NCBI GenBank assembly: GCA_965200315.1
Contig: OZ241362.1
Span: 864,001 to 928,000, forward strand
DNA length: 64,000 nt
From: Candidatus Latescibacterota bacterium
GTDB taxonomy: Bacteria; Latescibacterota; UBA2968; UBA8231
Direction: 5' to 3'
Shown: in pieces, positions 22,568 to 32,063 of the stretch
Layout of the letters: each line of letters opens with the position of its first letter
Numbering within the stretch: the stretch's first letter is position 1
Notes under the pieces: generated by a model
The model's database searches: none
What the model saw: the letters and a program-made list of their open reading frames with translations, nothing else
What the model was told of the DNA's origin: nothing
Program-made: the position numbers and the translations under genes

Positions 22568-23620
22568 ATGGATATTCTGGGAAGATACCTGTATGAAGCG
22601 GATCTTAGTGCGTCACTTGTCCAAGAAGACGGAGGCCAATACGCGCTTGACTGGGAGGAGGCATTCCCCCAGTACGAAGAGATCCATTCCCCGGATGATC
22701 TCCAAAATGCGGAGCGCGTCGCAAATGTCTTCCAAGCGATAGATTGGTCGTTTACTACCGACAACACGGGTTTCCTGACCCACGACCTGCATCCGTATCC
22801 CGCTAAATTCATTCCTCAGCTACCCGGAACCTGTATCTCTCAGCTATCTTTCCCTGGTGAGTTAGTGCTTGATCCCTTTGGCGGCAGCGGTACTACCGCC
22901 CTAGAAGCCGTTCGCTTGGGGAGACGGGCACTGAGCGTTGACGCACCGCAAGGCGAGACCTTAAAGCGGTTCCTCGGTGCCCTCGATAGGATCATTCGCA
23001 ATGTCGTAAGGACCCAAGCTATGCTTCGGTACGGTGTCTGTAACTTCACAACGGCCGATACGCGAAAGTTAGGCCATAGGGTATGCAGGCCTGAGACCAT
23101 TGACCTAATTGTTACATCTCCACCCTACGGAAACGCGACGGACTACCACCTTTATCACCGCTTTCGGCTGCTGTGGTTGGGATATAACCCGCGCGAACTC
23201 GCAAAGATCGAGATTGGCTCTCACCTTCGCCATCAGAAGGAGGCCTCGGGATTCGATGCGTACCTCGCAGAGATGCAACAAAGCTTGGCGGGGATGCACA
23301 GCCTCTTGAAGTCTGGCAGGTATGCCGTGCTCATTGTAGGGGACGCGATCTATAAGAAAGTCCTTTACCCGGCGGCAGAAGCACTGAGCGACTCCGCCGA
23401 AAAAATTGGCTTTGAAAGTGTTTGTATAACAGAACGAGCAATCCATCCTTCAAAGCGTTCCTTCGCGGCTGCTGGGCGAAGGGCCACCACTGAGAAAATC
23501 CTCGTCATCCGCAAGCCCCCCAAGAAGGTATCCGTATGGTTGGGCTCTCCCCCGTACAAGTTGTGGCCCTACGAAAGCGCGTTGAGGAAGCGTGAAATTG
23601 AGTCCGTAGTAGGTGTTCCA
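22568..23620 (+). pseudogene. m4C-type DNA methyltransferase, module 1, apparently internally deleted
   Basis: THDLHPYPAKFIPQ, DPFGGSGTT (motif I) and DLIVTSPPY (motif IV); the interval between motifs is abnormally short; homology ends near 23620. Confidence 0.75.
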
Positions 23621-23990
23621 ACCCAAAGACCTTTGAAGCTCTCGGTCTCACAGAAAACAGCGTGGATCTCGTACTTACAAGTCCGCCGTATGCTACGGCC
23701 CTTCCATATATCGATACGGACAGACTATCGCTTCTTACATTATTCGGAATGGATTCGTCGGCGCGGAGGCCCATTGAACAGGGCCTTATTGGCAGCCGGG
23801 AGATCGCAACTAAAGAGCGACGTAGGTTGGAGCAGGCCATAACGGACAGTGAGGGTGTCTTGCCCGAAACTACCTATAACTATCTTCAGGATCTATACAC
23901 ACGGATTTCCCAAGCAGATGTCGGTTTCCGACGCAAGAATATGCCCGTCCTGTTGCAGCGGTTCTTTCAGGATATGGCATTAGTGCTAAA
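23621..23990 (+). pseudogene. m4C-type DNA methyltransferase, module 2 fragment
   Basis: Different frame: TFEALGLTENSVDLVLTSPPYATALPYID...LIGSREI...RFFQDM; no motif I; runs into the convergent nuclease fragment. Confidence 0.7.
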
Positions 23991-24677
23991 ATTTACTAGA
24001 CGCGCTATCAATTCAGGTGGCAATGGTGGCGGAGTGGCAAAATCCTCCTTCCCGAAAATTGGTTGGCCCTTTTGCTTGGGTGATGCCTCGCTCTTGATAG
24101 CCGTATCGAGGGCCTTGCTGGCCTCTGTTTCGGCTGGGATAACCCGCCTATCAACTAGCTCGGCGAGAAGTTTTTTGGTTAGTTGATATACAGTGGGACC
24201 ATCCAGTTGAAGAAAGCGAGCCAATTGGTTGTGTGCCGTGTCAAAGGCTTCGGTGTCTTCAGGAAGTGAATAGGTAATACGAGCCGCGCTCTCGTAATTT
24301 CCGAAGAATCCTCCTTCCGTCATGTTGTTTGATCCAATAATGACGGTTGCACGATCGGTCCATTGAAAAAAATACAACTTCGGGTGGAAAGTATGTCTTG
24401 GAGTGCGGTGCTTAATGATGCGAACATCTATATCCCATTCGAGAAGTTCGGCAAGTACCTCTCGGCTGGTGCCGCTAAGGTCTATTCCAAGCACAAAACG
24501 GATAGTGCTGCCTCTTTCTTTTATCTCAAGGATGCGCCGCTTCACGCGCATAGTGGTTTGGATGCTCACAAAGGCTGAAACAAAAACAATGCTCGACGCC
24601 GGAGGATCGGCGTCGAGCATATTCGATAGAACGTTTCCTAGCTGGTTATCTGGTTAGGCTATATAGTCGATGTGCAA
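23967..24677 (-). pseudogene. Phospholipase D-family (BfiI/NgoFVII-like) restriction endonuclease with nonsense mutation and 3' truncation
   Basis: FHPKLY...IIGSNNMT...NYE HKD-type motif; upstream TTG (24677) with GGAG RBS reads MHIDYIA*PDNQLGNVL, TAA at 24654-24656. Confidence 0.8.
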
Positions 24678-24728
24678 GACGTACTCCGCGTACCCTTAAA
24701 AGTCCAGTCAAGCGCAGAGACGGCGTCG

Positions 24729-25367
24729 CTAAAAAGACAGCTTCAGCCGCAGGGCAGGAACGGCGGCTTCGCGACCAGGCAGAGCACCCAGCTCGACGCT
24801 CGTAGCCAGCGCATTGATGGTTTGGACTTGGTCGCGCAGGTGGATCAGCGACGCGATCTTGACCCAAACCGACAGCGGCACCCAACCGGCCGCAGTATCC
24901 TCACCAGTCAGAAAGGCCGTCCCCACCGCCGTCACTGTCAAACCCATGAGCGCGAGCCCCTGTTTGTGCTCGCCAATGTAGAAATAGCCCGCGCCCGGCA
25001 CGGGTAGCTCCAGCAGGAAGGCCAACAGCCCGGATTTCGGCTGTTGGTACGCAGCGTGGCGCGACGGAATGCGATGCGTCCCCAGCGGGCGCAACGAGCG
25101 AATTTCGGCCAGCGCATACGCGGCCTCCCGCTCCTGCAAGGCACCGACGACCTCGACGACCGCCACGGAATCCGCCTCAAGCTCCTGCACGCGCAACGAG
25201 CGCACCCGGCCATCGGTGAGCACAGCTTCGCCCCACGCTTCTTCGGCTTGCATCTCTTGCAGCAGACTCCGCACCTCTTCGGTCTCCATGGCCGCCTCGG
25301 CCCCGCGTACCAACACCAAGATCACCGGCAGCCAAATCCATAATATCCAACGCATGTTCCACCTCAT
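24729..25367 (-). CDS. Hypothetical exported/membrane protein
   Basis: Signal peptide (AEA-A), TM2-like PVPGAGYFYIG segment and C-terminal Phe; host-like codon usage. Confidence 0.7.
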   Translation of the reverse strand: MRWNMRWILWIWLPVILVLVRGAEAAMETEEVRSLLQEMQAEEAWGEAVLTDGRVRSLRVQELEADSVAVVEVVGALQEREAAYALAEIRSLRPLGTHRIPSRHAAYQQPKSGLLAFLLELPVPGAGYFYIGEHKQGLALMGLTVTAVGTAFLTGEDTAAGWVPLSVWVKIASLIHLRDQVQTINALATSVELGALPGREAAVPALRLKLSF

Positions 25368-25393
25368 TATTAAATTGTCGATTCTGCCTTCTC

Positions 25394-25423
25394 AATCTAC
25401 CCGACGCCTCTTTGTCTTGTCAA
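25394..25423 (-). promoter_or_regulatory. Sigma70-like promoter
   Basis: Minus-strand TTGACA-N18-TAGATT in a divergent intergenic region. Confidence 0.5.
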
Positions 25424-25479
25424 GCCACTATAGCTCCCATTGCTCTCCCTAATTTTAACCCCTATTTTCAAATTTTCTC

Positions 25480-26265
25480 ATGCAGGCCCAACTCCAACAA
25501 GCCATAGCAGCCACCCGCGAGGCCGGGGCGCTGATCTTGCAGTATTTCGGCGGACCACTCGAGGTCGCCTACAAAGACCGGGACGATCCGCTGACCGCGG
25601 CAGATCTCCAAGCCGACGCCTATCTCAAAAAAGCCCTGCGCGATCTGCGCCCAGACTGCGGCTGGCTCTCTGAAGAGACCGCCGATGACCGCCAACGTCT
25701 CGCTAAAGAAGCGGTGTGGATCGTCGATCCCATCGACGGCACCCGCGAGTTCGTCGAAGGTATCCCCGAATACGTGGTCTCCGTCGCCCTAGTCGAGGGC
25801 GGCGTACCGACCCTAGCGGTTATCTACAACCCCGCGCAGGAGCAAGTCTTCGCCGCTGTATCGGGTAGCGGCACCTTCCGCAACGGCCAGCGCGTGTTTT
25901 GCAGCGAGGTCCAATCCCTCAGTCAAGCCACAGCCGTCGTCAGTCGCAGCGAGATCAAACGCGGCAGGATCGCCCCCTTTCGCTCGCACCTCGGTGAAAT
26001 CCGCCCGGTTGGCAGCGTCGCCTACAAGTTGGCCCTAGTGGCTGCCGGGGCCTGCGACTTCAACTTTAGCATCCAAGACAAAAACGAGTGGGACGTCTGC
26101 GCTGGCGACCTATTGGTGCGCGAGGCCGGCGGCCTTATGCACACGTGCGACCACCAAGTGCGAACCTACAACCAAGCCGATACCCTCATCTCCGGCGGAC
26201 TCGCCGCGGGCAACGCGACGCTGGTATCACACATTCTCCACCTAATGCACGAGCAAAAGCAATGA
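25480..26265 (+). CDS. cysQ: 3'(2'),5'-bisphosphate nucleotidase CysQ / inositol monophosphatase family
   Basis: PLTAAD, LSEE, WIVDPIDGTREF and EWDVCAG. Confidence 0.85.
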   Translation: MQAQLQQAIAATREAGALILQYFGGPLEVAYKDRDDPLTAADLQADAYLKKALRDLRPDCGWLSEETADDRQRLAKEAVWIVDPIDGTREFVEGIPEYVVSVALVEGGVPTLAVIYNPAQEQVFAAVSGSGTFRNGQRVFCSEVQSLSQATAVVSRSEIKRGRIAPFRSHLGEIRPVGSVAYKLALVAAGACDFNFSIQDKNEWDVCAGDLLVREAGGLMHTCDHQVRTYNQADTLISGGLAAGNATLVSHILHLMHEQKQ

Positions 26266-27956
26266 TAACGGCCCGAGCCGCAGCGAATTTTGTCGAAGAG
26301 TACGCCACCCTCCTCGAACTCAGTGGGGCCTCCCCCTTCCGGGTGCGCGCTTACGCCAATGCCGTGCGCGCCCTCGAAACTCTAACGGCCCCCCTCGACG
26401 AACTTCTCGCCGCTGGAACTCTGACCGCGGTCAAGGGCATCGGCGACAGCGTGGCCGAACTAGTCGGCGAGTTGGCCGACACCGGCACGGCCCAAGCCTA
26501 TGAAAAGCTGCGGGCCGCAACGCCCGGGGGGCTACTCGATATGCTGCAGGTCCCCGGCTTGGGGCCGCGCAAAATCGTCGCCATTCGCAAGGCCCTCGGC
26601 ATTGAGACCCTCGATGCCCTTGAACAAGCCTGCCGCACCGGCCAACTCGCTGCCCTCAAGGGGTTTGGTTCCAAGACCCAAGCAACCATTCTCAAGGGCG
26701 TCGAGTTCATTCGCGCCCACGAGGGCCACTGTAGAGTCGATAGCGCACACCAGAGCGCCCAAAGCCTGCTTGCCGCCCTGCACTCCCACGCGCAGCACCT
26801 CGCCGTCGCCGGAGAACTGCGTCGAGCGCGAGAGACCGTCCAACAGCTCGACTTCGTAATCAGCACCACCGACGTCGACGCCGTGCCTGCGGCTTTTGTG
26901 GCTCACCCAGATATCGCCGAAGTCCTCGCACCGAACGCAGGACGGCTGTCCAGTGGGCTGCAAGCCAACTTGCATATAGTCTCAGAAGATGCCTTCCCCG
27001 CAGCCCTACACTACTACACAGGCAGCGAGGAACATTGCGCTGCACTGTGCGCCAAGGCCGCCGAGCGCGGGCTAGTCCTCGACAAACGCGGGCTCTGGCG
27101 CGGCGACGAGCGCATCGAGTGTGCTGATGAAACGGCTTTGTTCGCGGCCTTGGGCCTCGCCTACATTCCGCCGGAGTTGCGCGAGAACCAAGGTGAAGTC
27201 GCGGCCGCAGCCGCCGACGTGCTGCCCGAGCTGGTAACAGCCGCCGACATTCGCGGTATGCTCCACGTGCATTCGACCTATTCGGATGGAGCCGACAGCT
27301 TAGAGGCTATGGCTCGCGCCGTGCAAAAACGCGGCTTTGAGTACATGGGCATTGCCGACCACAGCCAGACTGCGGCCTACGCCGGGGGGCTTCGCGTTGC
27401 GGATGTCCAGCACCAGTGGGAGGAAATCGACCGGCTCAACGAGGAATTGGCCCCCTTCCGCATCTTCAAGGGCATTGAGTCCGATATACTCAGCGATGGC
27501 TCGCTCGACTACGACGACGCCCTGCTCTCGCAGTTCGACTTCGTGATAGTCTCGGTCCATTCGCAGTTCAACCTCAGCCGCGACGCCATGACCGCCCGCA
27601 TCATCCGCGCCATCGAGCACCCGGCGGCCACCATCGTCGGCCATCTAACCGGGCGCTTACTCCTCAACCGCGAAGGCTACGCTGTCAATATCGACTCCAT
27701 CATCGAAGCGGCCGCTCGCTGTGGAGTCGCTTTTGAGATCAACGCCCATCCAGCGCGGCTCGACCTCGACTGGCGGCACGTCAAAAAGGCGCGCGACCAC
27801 GGCGTACAAATCGCCGTCAACACCGACGCCCACAGCGTCGCCGGTCTGGACCATCTCGGCTACGGCATCGGCATTGCCCGCAAAGGCTGGCTCCGCGCCG
27901 CCGACATCCCCAACGCGCTCAGCCGCGAAGCCATTGCCGCTTGGTTCCGCCGCTAG
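26262..27956 (+). CDS. polX: DNA polymerase X-PHP protein with degenerate polymerase site
   Basis: ATGA overlap with cysQ; FRVRAY, HhH motifs, YTGS and PPELRE; PHP motifs LHVHSTYSDG, ADHS and NTDAH. Confidence 0.92.
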   Translation: MITARAAANFVEEYATLLELSGASPFRVRAYANAVRALETLTAPLDELLAAGTLTAVKGIGDSVAELVGELADTGTAQAYEKLRAATPGGLLDMLQVPGLGPRKIVAIRKALGIETLDALEQACRTGQLAALKGFGSKTQATILKGVEFIRAHEGHCRVDSAHQSAQSLLAALHSHAQHLAVAGELRRARETVQQLDFVISTTDVDAVPAAFVAHPDIAEVLAPNAGRLSSGLQANLHIVSEDAFPAALHYYTGSEEHCAALCAKAAERGLVLDKRGLWRGDERIECADETALFAALGLAYIPPELRENQGEVAAAAADVLPELVTAADIRGMLHVHSTYSDGADSLEAMARAVQKRGFEYMGIADHSQTAAYAGGLRVADVQHQWEEIDRLNEELAPFRIFKGIESDILSDGSLDYDDALLSQFDFVIVSVHSQFNLSRDAMTARIIRAIEHPAATIVGHLTGRLLLNREGYAVNIDSIIEAAARCGVAFEINAHPARLDLDWRHVKKARDHGVQIAVNTDAHSVAGLDHLGYGIGIARKGWLRAADIPNALSREAIAAWFRR

Positions 27957-27958
27957 AC

Positions 27959-28255
27959 ATGAGCCATAGCGACTACCTCTCACAGCTTTTTCGGCGACTG
28001 CATACATTTCGCCAAGAAGCCCAACTTGAGCCTGAGCAGGTCGAAAGTAACCTTGTTTTGGGGCCAGGATGGATCCACGCGTTCGAGAGCGGTGCAGCCC
28101 TCCCCGGTCTTGATGTGGTTATGTCTCTGCTATCGCTCTACGACAAAACTCTGCGTGACCTTGCAGAAGGCATAGAAGGGGAGGCTCCGTCCATAAAACG
28201 CTCAATTACTCCAGAAGAAATCGGCAACAATCTCACTTCTCCTCGGAACAAGTAG
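27959..28255 (+). pseudogene. XRE-HTH N-terminal fragment, probably of an HTH-fused type II restriction endonuclease
   Basis: LVLGPGWIHAFESGAALP HTH-like segment; lower GC; collides with a convergent MTase stub. Confidence 0.55.
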
Positions 28256-28487
28256 CCCGCGTCGCAAAGGGCGATAATTTCGGTAAAATCTCCATAAAGG
28301 CTTTCGTGAGAAACCGTAAATAATCCCTCGGATCTTTTTCGATACCTATCCCTTCTGAGTGCCTTTGTCCCCAATAGGGTGGACTTGTCACAACTATATT
28401 CACGGACTCGTCTGGAAGTTGCGGAATCAGTTCTAAACAGTCTCCTTTGTAGGTCTTATTGAGCGGGAAAGAACCTATTTGGTTCAT
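28233..28487 (-). pseudogene. Beta-class N4/N6 DNA methyltransferase, 5' stub
   Basis: GDCLELIPQLPDESVNIVVTSPPYWGQR; ends at 84 aa without motif I. Confidence 0.82.
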
Positions 28488-28602
28488 TGGCTCTTCCTTT
28501 CTTCATAATTTTGAACGCCAATGGGAGTGGAGATCACGCCCGTTGGCTCGTTCCCACAACCCTGTCTTTTTGAACTTATAGACGGTATCTTACGAGTCAA
28601 GA

Positions 28603-29223
28603 ATGCAGCCCCATTCCAAGGCTAAAGGGCCGCCCCGCCTCATCGGCTTAGCTGGACCATCCGGGGCCGGCAAGACCACGCTCGCCCGCGCGCTCCAAGC
28701 CCGCCTACCCAGCCCAGCCACTGTGCTCTCCCTCGATGCGTACTACCGAGATTTAGCCGACCTCTCCTTGGCAGAAAGAGCCCGCGTCAACTTCGACACC
28801 CCCGAGGCCATAGACCACCAGCGCCTCGCCGCCGATCTCCGCCAGCTAGCCGCTGGCTACCGAGTCGAAATCCCCGTGTACGACTTTGCCACCCACACGC
28901 GCCAAGCGACCCAGCAAAGCCTCACCCCCACCGATTTCCTGCTCGTCGAGGGCCTCTTTGCCCTCTACTGGCCCGACATCAACACCCTCTACCACCTGCG
29001 CCTCTTCGTCGGGGCTGCCGACGCGCTCTGCTTGGAGCGCCGCCTCGCCCGCGATCGTGTCGAGCGCGGCCGTTCTCCCGCCTCAATTCGCGCCCAATAC
29101 CAAGAGCAGGTCTGCCCAATGTACCGCCGCCACATCCAGCCCACCGCCCGCTACGCAGATTTGATCCTCGACGGCAGCACACCCACTGAAGACCAGGTTT
29201 CAGTCGTCCTAACTTATTTGTAG
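28603..29223 (+). CDS. udk: Uridine kinase
   Basis: IGLAGPSGAGKTT, LDAYY, NFDTPEA, PVYDFATH and RRLARDRVERGR. Confidence 0.92.
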   Translation: MQPHSKAKGPPRLIGLAGPSGAGKTTLARALQARLPSPATVLSLDAYYRDLADLSLAERARVNFDTPEAIDHQRLAADLRQLAAGYRVEIPVYDFATHTRQATQQSLTPTDFLLVEGLFALYWPDINTLYHLRLFVGAADALCLERRLARDRVERGRSPASIRAQYQEQVCPMYRRHIQPTARYADLILDGSTPTEDQVSVVLTYL

Positions 29224-29296
29224 AGAAAAGTTGCCCCTACAATCTGACGCCAGTGGTGAATAGCGATGTCCCGTATAATCCGCCAGCTAGCGCCCC

Positions 29297-31234
29297 CTAA
29301 AACGGCCCAGCGTGGTACGAAGGCTCGTTGACGTAGCGCTGGGTCTCTAGATCGAGGGTGATTTCGCAATGAGGCGGCAAGGTGATGCTCAGGTGCTTGT
29401 CATCAACGGCTATTTGGTGCTCCTCGGTCTCCAAGGGCGGGGCCGCATACGTGCCGGCATAACCGCCCATCCAGCCCGGGTACTCGCTGGTACGGCGGTG
29501 GTACGCAGCCCGGCCAAAGCGATGCTCGCCAAAAGCGCCGCCCTGAATGACCAGTTCTCGGCCCTCGTTGTGGTTCAAATTGACCAAGCGCACGACCGTG
29601 CGGTTCGCTTCGAGCTTTTCCACCAAAGCACCGACGTCTCCGGGCAAGCCAGGGCGGCGGCGCAGGGCGTCAAAGTAGCGCAGGCGGGCGTGTAGCAAGC
29701 CGCCGTTGTAGATGGGTTGCGGGCCGCCCATAGTGAGCTGGATGAGTGCTTCGGAAGAGACCGGATTGCCCCATTGCCAGTGGTGGACGTGGTGGCGGGT
29801 ACCCACGTCTTGGTCAGCGCGCAGTTGGGCCAAACGACGGCCGGCCACTTGGTACGTGGCCTGTAGCATTTGCTCTGGATAGGTCGGATTAGCCCCGGCC
29901 AGAAAGCGCATCCAAGGAGCCTCGTGGCCCGAATCCTCTTTGTTGTGGAAGGGGAACACCACGGTCCAGTCGAATGCCTCTTTTTGCCGAATGGCCTCCA
30001 TGCGCTCCCAGTCGCCCCCGTCCATGGACAGGTTCCACAGCGTCACCGGATACACCGGACTCATGGGTTGCCAGTCGAACCAGCCGGCGTCGCCGTATCG
30101 GTAGGGCACCAGCAAGGTCTCGCTTTTTTCACCCATAGCGGCAAATTGGCTCGCCCAGCGCTCGGCCACGCTCATGTATTGGTCGCGGATATCCTCCATC
30201 CGCCCTTGTTCCAAGATGCGATCCATCTGCTGGCGCGGCAGGTCGAGATAGGTGCGGTCGCGGGTCAACAGATAGGCGTTGGCCGCCGCGTCGAGCGTGG
30301 CTTTCTGCAAGGTCAAAAAGCCGTGCGGAAAGGTCCAGCCGTAGCGCCCGCCGTACCAGTTGCCAGCACAGTATTCGCCCACTTGGCCCGACAGGCCGAC
30401 GTTGTCCGGTAACATGCCGCCATTGGCTTGGGCACGCTCCACCCAGGCGTCGGTGTATTCCACCACCCAAGCTCGGTATTTCTCATCGCCGGTAATCAGG
30501 AAGGCATTGGTCACCAGCGACGTGACGGCCAAATTGGTCGGCGTGTCGCCCTGGCGCCAGCGGTCGAACAGGGTCTGCCCCATCAGGCGGGCTTTGGCCG
30601 GATCGGCCAAGTCCTGTACACTGGTAATGCCGGGCAAGTCGAAAAAGGGCAGATTGTACACTTCCATGCTGCCGCCCAAGGGGTTGTAGCTTTGGTGGTC
30701 GCGCTCGGCCAGCGGGGCGAAATAAGGGCCGTGGCTGCCGTTGAGGCCCGAGCGCAGGATTTTGTGCTCGGGGTCGTAGTTTTGTGCTTCCGGGTCTTCG
30801 TTGAGATAAAAGCCGGCAAAGCGGCAGGCCCGTTCGACGCGCCGGGGAGTATTCGGGTGGGCTAAACACAAATGATAAAAGCAGACATCGCTTTCGGCTT
30901 GGTGCATCTGATCTTCGCGGATGCCGTATTCTTTGCTGATTGTGCCCAAGCGGGTCAGTTGGCGGGTGACGGCCTCCCACTGGCGGTCGGCCAAGTGCAA
31001 CAAGTGCTCGCCGCCACCCATCAAATAGACGAGCGGCCAGTTAAAAAAAGGCTCGTAGAAATCGTCGGGGCTGCCGCCGCCCCACTCGTCCTGCCAGATG
31101 AATTCGCCGTCCTCGCGGGTGAAGTGGTCGAGGAAAGGCTGCACCGATTGGTCCAAGGCGTCGAAGAGGCGGCGCTGCCACACGGCCCAATGGGCTGGCG
31201 CGTCCAGTGGGATATTGGCGGTTATGGCGGGCAT
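29297..31234 (-). CDS. Hypothetical protein, 645 aa, aromatic/acidic rich (possibly alpha/alpha-barrel enzyme)
   Basis: Long ORF with host codon usage and RBS AGGAG; DDFYEPFFNWP, PDNVG and WYGGRYGW; no family recognised with confidence. Confidence 0.75.
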   Translation of the reverse strand: MPAITANIPLDAPAHWAVWQRRLFDALDQSVQPFLDHFTREDGEFIWQDEWGGGSPDDFYEPFFNWPLVYLMGGGEHLLHLADRQWEAVTRQLTRLGTISKEYGIREDQMHQAESDVCFYHLCLAHPNTPRRVERACRFAGFYLNEDPEAQNYDPEHKILRSGLNGSHGPYFAPLAERDHQSYNPLGGSMEVYNLPFFDLPGITSVQDLADPAKARLMGQTLFDRWRQGDTPTNLAVTSLVTNAFLITGDEKYRAWVVEYTDAWVERAQANGGMLPDNVGLSGQVGEYCAGNWYGGRYGWTFPHGFLTLQKATLDAAANAYLLTRDRTYLDLPRQQMDRILEQGRMEDIRDQYMSVAERWASQFAAMGEKSETLLVPYRYGDAGWFDWQPMSPVYPVTLWNLSMDGGDWERMEAIRQKEAFDWTVVFPFHNKEDSGHEAPWMRFLAGANPTYPEQMLQATYQVAGRRLAQLRADQDVGTRHHVHHWQWGNPVSSEALIQLTMGGPQPIYNGGLLHARLRYFDALRRRPGLPGDVGALVEKLEANRTVVRLVNLNHNEGRELVIQGGAFGEHRFGRAAYHRRTSEYPGWMGGYAGTYAAPPLETEEHQIAVDDKHLSITLPPHCEITLDLETQRYVNEPSYHAGPF

Positions 31235-31498
31235 ATCCGTACTCCTGAGAGGGTTGTAGAGAGCTGTGAGGGTGACTTTAGGGAGACAAAGAGCGCGTGT
31301 AAAGCTGCACTACGTCTAAATGCGACCTGTGTTTAGACCCGCGCCGGTGCAGAGCCCAGGGGGTGGGTATGTATGAGGGGGACCGGCTTACGCAACATTG
31401 GTAGGGGGAGTTCGGCGGAAAGCGGCTTGACCAATCCGAATGAGGCGGGTTTATTTGCGCCGCCGCGCAAAACCGCTGATTGGGAAAGGGGTAACGCC

Positions 31499-31945
31499 AT
31501 GTGCAGCCATATCCGGTTCCTGCTCTGGGGGATGGTCCTATTGGGTGTGGCCGAGTGTACGCCCGCCCTACCCCCAAGACCGCTGCACATCCAAATCACC
31601 GGGGAAGAGTACACCTGGCAATTCCGCTACCCAGGCCCCGACGGCGCGTTGAACACTGCCGACGATATAGTCAAGCGAGGTAAGGAGTTACACCTTCCAC
31701 TTGGTATAGAAATTGAACTCGAATTGACGAGCCGAGATTACATCTATACCTTCGCCCTACCCCATCTCGACCTGCGTCAGGTAGCCGTGCCCGATTTAAC
31801 CTTTGCGCTGGCCTTTACCCCACAAACCACCGGCGCATTCGCCTTCGTCGGCGACCAAATGTGCGGCTTTGAACACGAGTCGCTCAACGGCCGCTTGGTA
31901 GTCGAGCCTCCAGCAGCTTTCGTCGCTTGGCTGACGGGGCCGTAA
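31499..31945 (+). CDS. Stand-alone cytochrome c oxidase subunit II-like cupredoxin domain with degenerate CuA site
   Basis: Signal peptide; YTWQFRYPGPDG, ELHLP, LTSRDYIYTF and DQMCGFEH. Confidence 0.8.
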   Translation: MCSHIRFLLWGMVLLGVAECTPALPPRPLHIQITGEEYTWQFRYPGPDGALNTADDIVKRGKELHLPLGIEIELELTSRDYIYTFALPHLDLRQVAVPDLTFALAFTPQTTGAFAFVGDQMCGFEHESLNGRLVVEPPAAFVAWLTGP

Positions 31946-31958
31946 AGTCAGCCACCCC

Positions 31959-32052
31959 TCAGTCCAACCGTATCTCCTCCCCGGCCTCTTGGCTGCGATA
32001 GATCCCATCGAGGATTTTCATCACCTGTAGGGATTGCTCCGGCGGCACCGGC
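31959..32052 (-). repeat. 94-bp displaced copy of the 3' end of the Gfo/Idh/MocA gene
   Basis: Direct repeat of 33901-33994: 67 bp identical plus 27 bp with 6 mismatches; encodes PVPPEQSLQVMKILDGIYRSQEAGEEIRLD*. Confidence 0.95.
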
Positions 32053-32063
32053 TGTAGATGTAG

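Noticed and set aside
28517-28547. Hairpin GCCAATGGG...CCCGTTGGC as a REP/MITE element
   Set aside because: Only one copy seen in the window and no associated transposase.
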